DNA of 64,000 nucleotides from Octopus vulgaris. Taxonomy: Eukaryota. The notes under the pieces were generated by a model. It was not told the DNA's origin, did not search any database, and saw only the letters and a list, made by a program, of their open reading frames with translations. The stretch covers positions 5,704,001 to 5,768,000 of the forward strand of contig OX597818.1 in the NCBI GenBank assembly GCA_951406725.2. The letters run 5' to 3'. A program made the translations under genes and the position numbers. Below, piece after piece: positions 36,577 to 48,784 of the stretch (positions are counted from its first letter, which is position 1; every line of letters begins with the position of its first letter).

Positions 36577-39185
36577 TTATTGTTGTGGACGGATGGCACG
36601 GGGTCCAAGTCTTGGATGTATTTTGAAGGTGATGCCAACATCATTTGCACAGTGCTGATGGAATATTTTCCACATCATATAGATAATGTAGCGTTCACGG
36701 CGTCGTTGGAGTGAATACAGTTTCAGCTTTTCTAGTCGACCCCAGTAGTCGAGGTCTGACATGCCATCTATCTTTTTCGTGATTGACCTTTGGGGAGCTT
36801 CAATTTTCATAATATTTTGTTTCATGTAGGGAGACCACAGTGGACAGCAGTATTGAAGCTGGGGTCGTGCAAAAGTGGAGAAGAGAAGGATGATGGTGTG
36901 GGAATCTCTCGACTGGAAGGTTCTGAGAATCCAGGAACACATTCTGCGGGCCATGTCAACTTTGCTGCTTTTATGTGTAGCCCAGCTTATGTTGTTGTCC
37001 ACAGTTATTCCCAAGTCTCTGATGTTGTTAGATGCCATGAGAATTTCCCCAGAAGAAAGGGAGTATGGGACTTTCAGAGCGTCCTCCCTTCCAAAGTGGA
37101 TCAGTTCGGATTTTTCTTCGTTTAGCAACATCTTCTTTTCCGCCCATTGAACAACAGCCAGCAGGTTTGACTGAAGGCTTATCCGGCCATCCACGCCATT
37201 GATGAGTTCGGAGTCATCAGCGAAGATTCTGATGTTAGTGCGTTTGATGATATCAGTAATGTGATTAATGTCGATGATGGAGAGAAGTAGGCCCAACACA
37301 GTGCCTTGTGGGACAACACTACTGACTTTGGCTGGGCTGGATTTGACTCCTTCGACTACAACATGTTGGGTTCTATTTGACAGGAAGCACTTGATCCACT
37401 GCAGCAGCTTTCAAGTAACACAAATATTGGACAACTTTCTCAAAAGGATCTTATGATCAACCCTGTCAAAGGCCTTGTTGAAATCAAGGTAGATAACATC
37501 AGTGTTGGAACCCTCGCCCAAGGCTCTCAAAATATCATCGAAATGATGCAGTAGCTGCGTCAGGCAATCCCTTCCATTACGGAATCCATGCTGGTTGGAG
37601 TTCAGCATATTATGACTCTCTAGGAGGTGAGTCATTCGCGATCTCACCACTCTCTCAAATACCTTAATGATATGATAGGTGAGTGAGATTGGACGGTAAT
37701 TCACGGCAAGTTGGTGTTAGTTGACACATCTGCAAGACACAAGCAGGGAACCTATCGGGACCTACTGCTGAATTATGCTTGAGTTCCTTTATTTTTGCAA
37801 CGACATCAGGGGCGCCAAAGGTTATGTCCAATAAAGTGTATTGGAGAGTAACATCACTGCTACAGTCTAGATCAGCCATATCAGGATTGCTGAAAACAGA
37901 GCAGTATTGTTTCTGCAGCATCTCACCCATGGTTTTGGCATTGTCTTCAAGAGTACCATTTTCATCAATCAGAGGGCCAACAGAAGAGCCAGTAACTTTG
38001 TGTTTTTTTTGCAAATAAAAAGAACACTTTGGGATTAAGTTTGATCTTCTCAATGCCCCAGGCTTCTTCAGCTCTTCTCTGACTATTGATGATAGACATC
38101 ATGTTGTTTTGGAGGTTTTCTTTTTTTAATTTCTAGTGACGTGATGGCAGTCAGGTTGGTGTGTTGCTGTTGACACTATTTCAGCTTGTTGAATTTTTTG
38201 GCTAATTCTTTTACTTTTCCTGATGAGAGTTTTTCTATTTCTCGGGATTCTGCACTTAGATTTGTTTGCAGTTCTTAATGGGGTGTCTTTTGCACATATG
38301 TTTGTAATGGTGTCTATAAATGACTGCCAGGACGTTTTGATGTTAGTGGGTGTGTGCGTGTGTGCGCGTGAAGGACCAATCGACATGTGCAAGATCATTA
38401 CTGATCGCTTCCCAGTTTGCGTTGCGGAAATCCATAGTGTCAAATGGATGGACAGAAGGGATGACGTTTGTTTCGCATTTTGTCCGGTGAAATCTTAGAT
38501 CACAGAGAACCATGTCATGATCAAAGAGTAGTGTTTTCTCCACTGCAATATTGTGGATAGTGTCAGAGTGATTGCTGAAAATTAGGTCTAGGACGTTTTT
38601 GTGACATCTCGTTGGTTCGAGCACTAGTTGGGACAGGAAGAAATCAGCCATAAAGTCAAGGAGCGATTCCACGGCCTCCCTGTCAAGGGTTGAGACAGAA
38701 GAACCTGGCAGCAGACTGTTTGTAGACTAGACAATCCCGGGGAGGTTGAAGTCCCCCATCATTAAGATGTTGTCAGGTTGACACTGCTGGATGAAACACT
38801 TTATGTTGTTGAGTCATTTCTTGAAGCATAGTAGAGGCGTTTGGAGTGGTCTGTAGAGCCCAACTACTATTAAGTTGGTTTGACTGAATACAGCGACTGC
38901 TTCGCAGTATCCGTTAGAAAATATGTTCATAGCCTCTGTTGAGAAAGAATCATGAACATAAATGGCAGTCCCACCCTTTCTTCTGCCAGCACGATCAGCA
39001 CGAATGGCTTTGAAATTTTTACATTTCACCTCGGCTTCCAAGTGGAGGTTAGTAAGATGGGTTTCAGTGAGGACGAAGAAAGGGATGTGGTTTGGATGGG
39101 CATCAACCCAGTCCTCCAGGAATTTTATCTATCATTTTTGAATATTGGTGGAAGAGCTGATGCCTCGGGCGTTAAGCAAAAATGT
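36577..39185 (-). pseudogene. LINE ORF2 (AP endonuclease plus reverse transcriptase), disrupted
   Basis: ORF fragments 38814, 38343, 37664, 37411 and 36577 carry the motifs in the expected order. Confidence 0.9.
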
Positions 39186-39241
39186 TGAGTCGAGAGTGGA
39201 TGGTTTTAATTGTTTTGGTGTTTTGTTTATTTGTTTGCTTT

Positions 39242-40490
39242 TTAATGGCATGTGCAGTGTGGTGATAGTGGTGGATGGTGGTGGGTGATAGCTCGGATGA
39301 TTTTTTCCAGTTCTTTTGCTATATTCATTATAGCTAAAAAAGAGGAAGAAGTTTCCTGTGTAGGGAACTGTAGGTGTCTGTGGTTGTGGTTATTTTTATA
39401 TGAGTGGTTATTTTTATATGAGTCATAAGTTTTTGCTTTTATTTTTAATTTCATTATCATTTGTCCGACGAGTCCCCGGTAGATGGGTAAAGGGGCAATC
39501 AATGTGCAAACATAATCTATTCCGCTGGGCAGATTTGGGGATTCATTATTTGAGATATTGGTGGCTGTGGTGGTTTTGTAATAGAGTATGCATTATGGTT
39601 GTAGTTTGTGGGGATAGAGCGTTTTGTCCCAGGTAAATGGGTGAATTTGCAGTCTCTATCAGTGCATAATCTATAGCGGAGAGAATAGCAGCAAATGATG
39701 GGGTTTCGAGTGGGTGTGTAGGTGCGTGTGTGAGTTGTGGAAGGTGTAGATGATAGTTTGTTGAGGTTCTAGCGACCTTTGTGACCTGTGGGAGGTGGAG
39801 TTCTTGAAAAAGTAGTAGGAGGTAGATTCCTTGAGGTAGAAGTAGTGGTAGTAGTAGTAGTATGCAGAAGAGATGTTGACAGTGATGATGATTGAGGAGG
39901 TGGAATCTATGAGATAGCGGCATACAAAGATGTTTTTTGGATTGATAGTGGTTGTAGTACTAGTAGTAGTAGGCAGAGGAGATGATGTTGACAGTGATGA
40001 TGATTGAGCTACTGGGGCAGTGAAAGGAAGGGGTGGTGCTCCCTGCTGTGAAACCTTGTTGACTGGGGGATCCATCGTCTCGTTTAACAAATCGGCCATT
40101 GTAGATGAATCAAGGAGTGGTTCATACTGTTGTTGTTGTTGTTGCTGCTGAGGTTGTTGTTGATGCTGCTTAAGTTGTTGTTGTTGTTGTTGTTGTTGAT
40201 GTTGCTGAAGTTGCTGTTGTTGTTGCGCCGGTGTTGCGTTCGAAGAGAAAACAATTCTCAGTTTATCCAAAGTGTTTATTGATTAATTTAAAGGCAACTT
40301 CGATTTACCTTAACTTATTTTGTATCTGCTGTTCAGATCGAGATTGCAAAAGGTGAACTGTCCGTTTAGCAATTTCGTTCAGACACGAAGCACCTGTGTT
40401 TTCCGTTCGGGTAAGGCAATGCCATGTGTTGATAAGAACGTCGATTTCATTATCAGACCAGTTTTGTTTGGATTTTTGATGGCTTGCCAT
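39242..40490 (-). pseudogene. LINE ORF1, disrupted: Myb/SANT-like N-terminus, polyQ, CCCH zinc finger
   Basis: NWSDNEIDVLINTW...IAK...RSEQQIQNKL; Q-rich tract; CYSLRYRLCTDRDCKFTHLPGT (C-x7-C-x4-C-x3-H) at ~39625-39695. Confidence 0.7.
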
Positions 40491-41044
40491 TCTGGTGGAT
40501 ATATTTTATTAAATTTTATTTTATTCGTTTGTTTTGTTGATCATTTTTATTTATTTATTTTGTGGGTTCCCTGATTCCTTGATAATTCAGGGAGAAGTAT
40601 GTAGAATATATTGTACAGCATGGGTGCTGTAATACTGAGAGATTTGTGATTGTATTTGAATTATGAACTGGCAGTTATTTTATCTTTCTTTTCTTTTTTT
40701 CTTTTTCTAATCTTTAATGTGTGGGTGATCCTTTAGTTATCAGAAGGTGTTGACGGAGTGTATATATAAATAAATACTCTCTCATAGGAGTGTGTGGTTT
40801 TGTTTATTTGGATGTTTGAACTTAATGAAAATAATTTGTAGTTAAAGAAAAGTCTACTCATGAGTTGGGTTTAAAATATATAGTAAGATATGTGATGGTC
40901 AAATTCGTTTGTAGCTGTGAAGCTTGCTGCTGACCAGCGCGGCGGAGAGGAGTGAAAATACGTCTTTATACTTCAACAATCATACATATGCATACATAAA
41001 TATATATGGTGATTGTCTACTCCTTAAACAGAGTCTCACTACTT

Positions 41045-41515
41045 CCTGTATCTACACCTTAGATCCATCATGGCGTTTGATGTGTTTTGAAAAGTCACCC
41101 ACATAGATTGGACCATCAAGGACAGCAGTGACGTTCTGATCTTTGTGGTTTTTAAAATGTTCTTTGAGGCCTCCTTTAGATTTGTAGACACCATGGCGTA
41201 CATGGTATTGAAAGGTGTGCACATACATATAAGCACAATAGTTGGTGGAGGTTCGTTTTTCATGGGTACGCATATGAAATTTGGGCCCGCCAAAAGAAAG
41301 GCATGGTCTGTCACAAACTACGCACGCAAAAAGCTCATTGTGATTCACTTTCTCGATCCTAACATTCTTCTTTAAATCTCTGAGTCATGCATGCGTTACC
41401 CTGTTTGGGTGTGCGTTCATCCACCATTCGAACAGTATGGCCAGACCATCTCATTTGGTTTTCCAGAATCATTGCTTTAACTGAAGCGATGCCTGCAGAC
41501 GCAAGGTCATTTAAT
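41045..41515 (-). mobile_element. RTE-clade LINE 3' remnant
   Basis: LASAGIASVKAMILENQMRWSGHTVRMVDERTPKQ and C-terminal CVVCDRPCLSFGG..FHMRTH zinc finger. Confidence 0.75.
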
Positions 41516-41866
41516 GTTGAAAATGCGATGAAGGTATTTTTGGTGGAAATTGTATTAATAATTTGAAATGTCTTTCATAGCATATGCATCTTTCAGAAGA
41601 ATACAACAAGGATGATAAGACAAATGATCTGTAAAGAGCAAATTTTGTGCTGTTATTTATATGTCGTTGGTGCCAGTATACTTTAGGAAGCTTTACTCAT
41701 AACAAACAAAGCTGAAACTTAGAAGGCAAACATTCTCCAAATAAAATTTTAAAAAAAGACGATAAGTATTTGCAAATACCGCCGTAAGTCGTTTTAATCT
41801 TGATACTGCATCCAAATTACAGTATTTGTATAGAAAGAAATAAAAGCAGTTTCTGTGCATTCGTAT

Positions 41867-42340
41867 TGTGGTTATGTGTGACCGTTACATCACTTGCAAG
41901 CGCGGCAGGAAGAAAATACGTCTAAACACTTGCGCCTTCCAAAAGCTATAGATTTAATTCTCCCACAATGTAACACCACGACGTGCGTCATCCAGTGGCC
42001 AATTGATAGGACAACTGCTTTCAAAGGAGGTAACTGTCTACATGGCTCCCCTGCAAAGCTCGAAGTCGGAAATTATGAAAGCTGGACGGAAAGTTAAGGG
42101 AATACAAACGCATGGACATTGCAAAGAGGCGACAGTGGGAGAAATGTGTACAATGTGAAAAAGAGACATTAAGGAAAAAATCTGCATACACAAAGAACAG
42201 AAGTAAGTGCAACATGCATACAAAAGGAAAACAACAGTGTGTGTGTGGTGCTTGAGGACATATATACAACCGTATGGATGCATGTGATGCATGGCAAACA
42301 GTGTGTGTGTGTGTAGTGTGGACATATATATGTTTATATA

Positions 42341-42430
<90 letters not shown>

Positions 42431-43176
42431 ATATATATATATATATATGTATATATATGACTGTGTATTTTCGCACGTTGACAACGTAGACAGGCGCGTG
42501 ACCAAACAGTGATAGAACGTCGCATATTCGACCAGAAAAATCGAGCCGAAATAAACTTAACCGTGGCCGCAATGCCTCTGTGTAATAGCGATTGCAAGGC
42601 TTTGAAAACAGGACGACTATAATGCTCGGGACCAGGGGTCGGAGTGACCCGGTGGAAACATCGCAAAGAATGATCCCTTCAGAAGATGGAGAAGGCAGGT
42701 TCTCGAATTTACAACAGGGAAACTGTGGTGAAGTCCCACACAAAGAGTCCAATTGATGTACGAGATAACAAAGAACAAACTGTGAGGTGAGATAGGGTGT
42801 CTGCAGGAATGCTGTATGTGCCCGCAATGTGGTGAATGTCACTGGCGAACTGGCCAACAGTGCAAACGGTAACGGTTTGTGATAAGTGAAAACCATGAAC
42901 TCCTTACCCTCGAGAAGGTGAGCGAAGTTCTTCACTGCAAAATAAATAGCTTAAAGTTCTTTACTGAAAACGGGGTTACTTATTCATATAAAAGAGGTGG
43001 TTATGTGTGACCGTTACATCACTTGGAATCGCAGCAGGAAGTAAATACGTCTAATCACTTTGCTTGCGCCGTCCATAAGCTATAGATTTAATTTTCCCAC
43101 AATGTAACACCATGATGTACGCCATTCAATGGCCAATGGATGAGACAACTGGTTTCAAAGGCAGTAACTGTCTACA
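41867..43176 (-). mobile_element. Internally deleted Gypsy LTR element with two ~180-bp LTRs
   Basis: LTRs 41867-42042 and 42996-43176 (minus strand TGTAG...CA); PPT AGGGGAGCCA before the 3' LTR; imperfect 4-bp TSD GTAT/GTAC; RNase H (AVKNFAHLLEGKEFMVFTYHKPL) and integrase Zn region (HRGIAAT...[21 protein letters not shown]). Confidence 0.85.
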
Positions 43177-43205
43177 GTACAAACATATATATTTATACAT
43201 ATATG

Positions 43206-43256
<51 letters not shown>

Positions 43257-43574
43257 ATATAAGGCGAGCAAAAGTATACGCTATATGCATATATAAATTG
43301 TACATATTGTACATTTACATAATAACCCATCAAATTGTATCTGTGAATATTGATTGATTGGTATATACTGGTATTAATAAATAAGTATTGAGGTAAAAGA
43401 ACATGCTAATGATATATCAATAAAAATAAAATTATAATCTAAGCATTTTAAAAATAAGTATTGAATATATCAGTATAGTTTAATATAAGCTAAATATGAA
43501 TTTATAGAGATACAAAAATTAGATTAATTTTATAAATAATGGTTAATTATAAAATTAAGAAATACAATAAAATA

Positions 43575-43620
<46 letters not shown>

Positions 43621-43744
43621 CTGTGTGTGTGTGTGTCTGTGTGTGTGTAATAAAGAAATAAAATAACAAATATATATGTAGAGAGAGAGAAAGGAATATA
43701 AAAATATAAAAGGAGCAAAAATACTGGAGATTCAGTATACACCA

Positions 43745-44971
43745 CGTGGCAAATTATGAGTTGAAAATATGTGGAAAACATATAAAAGTGGAAAAGAAAT
43801 GTCTACATTTCACATAGTTTAATATCCTTTAACAAAGAATTTTTTTAAAATATACATATTTTATGGATGTCGTGATATCTAACTGGTTTTCGCTATTTAA
43901 ATTAGCTTTTCAAGGGACATTGTGAAGTAATCAATTCTTGTGAAAAATGGGTCTCCCCATTTTGTATGCTTGAAAAATATGAATGAGTCTAGAGAGGGAA
44001 CCAAGGGAGGCAACAAGTGGCTGGGGGGGGTGTCAACTAACTCCTCAGTATAATTTTTTAAGAGGTCAAGTTTGTATATTAAGGTGTGGTCTGTACTTTT
44101 CTTTGAACAGGTTTTCCTTATTTAGGCGTTCTTTTAAGGCGATTGAATTTTTGCATTGGTATAATGGAAAGATATGGAAATTCGCCGTTTTATTTCTCGC
44201 GAATCAGTAAAAATATTCGCTCAGGGCTATCTACCTGTTTTGAGGAAAACGAATCTGTTCTTTATGCAGCGTGGCTCTGCGTCTCACATAATTGTGGCGA
44301 CAACCTGAGCAGGTTAGGAGATAGATAAGTTTCTAGGAAACACATGTGAAGTTGGTTTTAATTGAAAATGTTTCTCCTTGCTGGAATATGAATTCCGAGC
44401 CTTCAGTAAGGTATGGGCACGTACCACAATTAGGCCATCTGCATCTTTTTTTACTGTTGGTTTTGCATGTATTGTGTATAGTTTTGCATTTGTTAGGAGT
44501 CTCTTAAGTGATTTGCATTGTCTTTTGCATTTGAAGTCTTTATGTGTATATAGGATGTTTTTCGGGTCTTGAGTGACCAGAGGGAGATTTTGCATAATTG
44601 TTTTGTATGCTTCATTGTTTCTAGGGTTGTGGGTTGATAGGTATGGGAGTGATTTAAAGTGAGGTGTGATGTTTTGTTTTGTTGTTCTTAATGTGTTTGC
44701 GTCCAATGTGTTGGCACGTTTAATTCCATGGTTCAATGGGTGTTATTTTGAGGTGTTCCTGCTGTAGACTCATTCTTATCTTTCAAGGATCCAAAATAGC
44801 GAGACCCCTTTGTCACAAGAATAGATTACTTCACAATGTCCCTGGAAAAGCTAATGTAAATAGCGAAAACCGGTTGGATATCACATCATCCATAAAATAT
44901 GTATATATTTAAAAAAACTTTATAAAAAGATATTAAACTGTGAAACGAAAGCATTTCTTTTCCACTTTATA
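43745..44971 (-). mobile_element. 5'-truncated decayed Neptune-type PLE with ~205-bp inverted pLTR
   Basis: Arms 43783-43990 / 44765-44971; LPYLSTHNPRNNEAY...KRQCKSLKRLLTNAK linker; hammerhead-like T(T/G)GAAAA-GCTA...TAGC-GAAAACC(A/G)GTT in both arms. Confidence 0.85.
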
Positions 44972-46984
44972 CACACACACACACATACACACACATACAC
45001 ACATGCACACACATATATGTTTATCTTCTAAGGTGTCTTATTGGAACCTATGTTTATGGATATTTCTTTTTATTTGAAATGGCTGCACGAGGCAATCGAG
45101 TATATCGACTGAAAAGATACTGGTAATCCGAATGACATCACTAGGATCATAATAATTCAAGTAACAATAGTAATGAGTGTGTTGCAATATCACCTAGGAC
45201 GTAAGTCATATCCATATTTCTACTTCCATGGTTAAATATCAAAGAATATATTTAGTAGAGAAAAGCTATCTTTACTATTTTCTTATTTAGTGCCTATGCA
45301 CGCTCAGCTCAGTTTCTTAACAAAGCTTCGGCGACAAAGGAGAACGTATCCTTCGATCCGGCATGAATTGATGCAAATGAAAAGCCTATATTTCATTTCA
45401 TTGATCTTTGAATTTGGCAAGAATGAGATAATGCAATATCGAAATGAAATATTAGATTGCTTTCGTTACACCCTATATACGTATTCATGCCTATGAAGGT
45501 AAATGCAGTTTTGACAATGACTGAATGTAAGAAATAACCTTGTTTGGATGGATAAGATAGATGCTGAATTAGACTTGAGTATGGAGTTCACATTTGATAA
45601 AGTTTTACAGAGTTGTTCAAATTGACTACAATATAAGAATATATTTCAGGGTTATATTTAGATCTGAGGACACATTCCTACTTATTTGCGCTTTCTTTCG
45701 GTTTAACATCATACGAATTGGAAGACAAAACTGTGGGAACGTGTGTAACTATTGACAATCTGATCTCATAAACATACGCATCTATTTGTAAAATAAATAA
45801 ATTATATATAACTAAAACACCATATATTTTGCTATGCAAATTTGTCGTAAGTACCAAATCCATGTTTTATTGAAGCATTAAATGGCATTAAGTAAATATA
45901 CATAGGATTTACAAATTCAGACTCACTGGCCGACATCTGTTTCTAATCTAAGTTACTCTCATTTCGAAGGCAAGGCATTTTAATAATAATGCTTGAGTAC
46001 ATTTGAAACAGATATATTTGCATTTGTTATGTTTAATAATGTTGTTACTAGCTTGTCCCACATCTGCCCTGATCAAGCTGGTTTTTGGTGAAATACATTC
46101 GGTACAACTATGACCGTCTCGTCTTATTTATAAACATGATATACTTAAAATATGTTATACTTCTTCCCAGTATGTTATTAAACATTAGTGTTATAGCTAC
46201 AAGAGAATCTGTGGCTACTTGTAGCGGTTTAAGGTAATCTCTTGTAGGCTTTCTCTTTAGTTTCTATAATTTAGTGCAATAGTAGTAATATTTTAGTGTT
46301 CAGAAAATCTACGTTATCCGTTGCACAATTTTATAAAAATTGTGTTCATAATATCTTCTTGATATATCTTATTTGTTACTTAACCACATTTGTTACTTAA
46401 CCCCTAGGTATCCAATCGATTGTTATACGACAGTACGCTGCAAAACAGTCAATAGAATATGCAGTTAACATTAATGAAAACATAGCTTCCTCGAAGACTG
46501 TAATTACACTCAAAGATGACCATCAACGAAGACGCATTATCTTTTGTTCGTCATTTTGTTTATGTAGACTTCAGTAAACTACTTCGGATGGCATTGTTCT
46601 TTTTTTTTCGTCATATCTCCCTCGACAGTTATATTATTACATTACATTAATAACTGATGTGTTTTAGATCGATATTGAACTATTGAATTATCAGATCTAA
46701 AGGTATTAGATCCATCAAATAAGCTGCAGTTTATAGATCAAGCATAATCATGTTCGGATCGAAATATGCTATATATGATTCACACAACTTTGCAATGTAT
46801 TATTCATGCGGTAAGATTTAGAATAATCATAGATGTAAATATTTAATACTGTAATATTTTATCATACCATACCACAATGACCCCAGGGAATTGTTAAAAG
46901 GATGTAATTACTCACAGCTTCACGGAATTACATAGGTGAGAAAGCTAGCATAAATAAAGGATCGAACAAAAATAAAGATCATAC

Positions 46985-47150
46985 TGGCGTAGGACCGGCT
47001 TTGTGATAGGAAGCTTGCTTCTAAACCACATGATTCCAGGTTCAGTTCATTTGCGTGGCACTTTCTGTAACTGTCTTCTACTATAGCCTCGGGCCGACCA
47101 AAGCCTTATGTGTGAATTTGGTAGATGGAAACTGAAAGAAACCTGTTGCT
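46985..47150 (+). mobile_element. SINE family A, 5' part (another at 53503-53670)
   Basis: Homologous to 20163-20330. Confidence 0.8.
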
Positions 47151-47179
47151 TTTATACATATATATGCATATATATATAC

Positions 47180-47250
<71 letters not shown>

Positions 47251-47256
47251 GATATA

Positions 47257-48712
47257 TTATGTTTTAGGGAATAAAAATTCCGGCATAACAGAGGTTAAAA
47301 TTATTCTCAATGAAGAAATATATTTTAATTTAGAGATAGTAGACCCCTCCCTCTCACAAATAAAAATAATTTTTATTTTTTTTCTAAATACATACTGTTT
47401 TATTACTTGGCAATGCGTGTTTGATGAGGTACATCCTCGGGTTCCTAAACCACTCAGTGTTTCCCTGGAACCCCTCTCAAGATGCCATCCCAATCATCAG
47501 GCCCTTATATAACTTTATCAACGTTCAATACAATAAACTATATATTTTAAAACCCTTAAGTATGTGTAAAATAGGCATGCTTAAATTAGGTATGTTTAAA
47601 TTAGTTTTGCTGGACTCTACAAACTTTTCAGATAAAAATTCAAATAAAGATAAAAAGTTACATAAATAAAAGTTACACGAATAAAGTAAAGAATGAAAGT
47701 TTTTTTAAATATACGAAAATTCACAAAAACTATGTTAGTAATATATAGTGTTCCAAATAAAATTATATTTGCAAACACTATTGTTTTTGTTTTTTGTTTT
47801 TGTTTTTCCAGTTTCAGCTCTTGAGCTGTGGCCATGCTGGGGCACCGCCATTGTGGTGAAAGAGTACAGCAGGGATCACCACCCCCTGCCGGAGCCTCGT
47901 AGAGCTTTTAGGTGTTTTCGCTCAATAAACACAAACAACGCCCGGTCTGAGAATCGAAACCGCGATCCTGCGACCGCGAGTCCGCTGCCCTAACCACTAG
48001 GCCATTGCGCCTCGAAAATGTTAATAAAAGACTATGTTAATAATATATAAAAAAAATTACAAATACTATGTTAATAACATATAAAAAAATGTGAATAAAA
48101 ATGAAAGGAATAGCAAGAAAAAATATATGCGAATAAAAGTAAGTACGTTTAAAAATAAAAATAAAAATAAAAATAAACGGGATGGCAAAGAAAATATACA
48201 CGAATAAAAGTTAATAAACATGGAGGCAATGACGAAATGATAATTTCAAATAAATAAGCTATAGTTCCAATACGAACTGCAAAATTTCAAGTGATACGAA
48301 TGGTAACTTTAAAAATAAAAATTTAAGTGATACGAATGGTAACATTTAAAAAAAAATTCAAGTGATACGAATGGTAACGCTTTAAAACAATTTTCAAGTG
48401 ATACGAATAGTAACTTTTTTTTAAATTTACACAGTTCCATTATCCTACAACGTCTTAATTATGGCCTGACATTGGAAAGTCCAGCGAAGTACTCACACCC
48501 TATTTCCTGCTACTTTGAACTATTATTTCTTGAGAGGGGTTCCAGGGAACCTTGGCATCTTGAGAGGGATTCCAGGGAAACACGTTGTGGTTTAGGAACC
48601 CGAGGATGTACCTCATAAAACACGTGTTGCCAAGTAATAAAACAGTAGGTATTTAAAATAAAAGTAAAAATTCTTTTTATTTGCTGAGAGGTAGGGGTCT
48701 ACTATCTCTAAA

Positions 48713-48715
<3 letters not shown>
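47257..48715 (-). mobile_element. Non-coding element with ~162-bp inverted arms in (TA)n; probably a non-autonomous PLE derivative
   Basis: Arms 47326-47487 / 48553-48715; unpaired tail 47257-47325; AT-rich interior with four AAGTGATACGAAT(G/A)GTAAC repeats (48289-48415). Confidence 0.7.
47800..48013 (-). mobile_element. tRNA-derived SINE (family D head joined to a family-A-like tail)
   Basis: Minus strand: GGCGCAATGGCCTAGTGGTTAGGGCAGCGGACTCGCGGTCGCAGGATCGCGGTTTCGATTC, with clear A and B boxes. Confidence 0.8.
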
Positions 48716-48757
<42 letters not shown>

Positions 48758-48784
48758 TTATATATATATATATATATATATAAT

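Larger units (their letters stand above)
36272..40955 (-). mobile_element. Full-length decayed APE-RT LINE (CR1/L2/Jockey-group-like) with 5'UTR, ORF1, ORF2 and a (TTATTCTAA)n-like tail
   Basis: APE motifs LTETHL, KGGTAIYV, MGDFNLP, VLDLIFSN, FDHDMV; RT motifs NYRPISLT, QHGFRNGRDC, YLDFNKAFDRVDH, PQGTVLG, FADD; YSLQRRRER C-terminus; multiple frameshifts. Confidence 0.93.

Noticed and set aside
39671-40270. PolyQ ORF as a host transcription-factor exon
   Set aside because: It lies co-oriented directly upstream of LINE ORF2 and is better explained as ORF1.
47935-48013. tRNA-like sequence
   Set aside because: No proper acceptor stem or terminator; it continues into a SINE body.
48289-48415. 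Four ~19-bp repeats with short spacers, superficially CRISPR-like
   Set aside because: The spacers are similar AT-rich sequence, the context is eukaryotic and there are no cas genes; this is a minisatellite.
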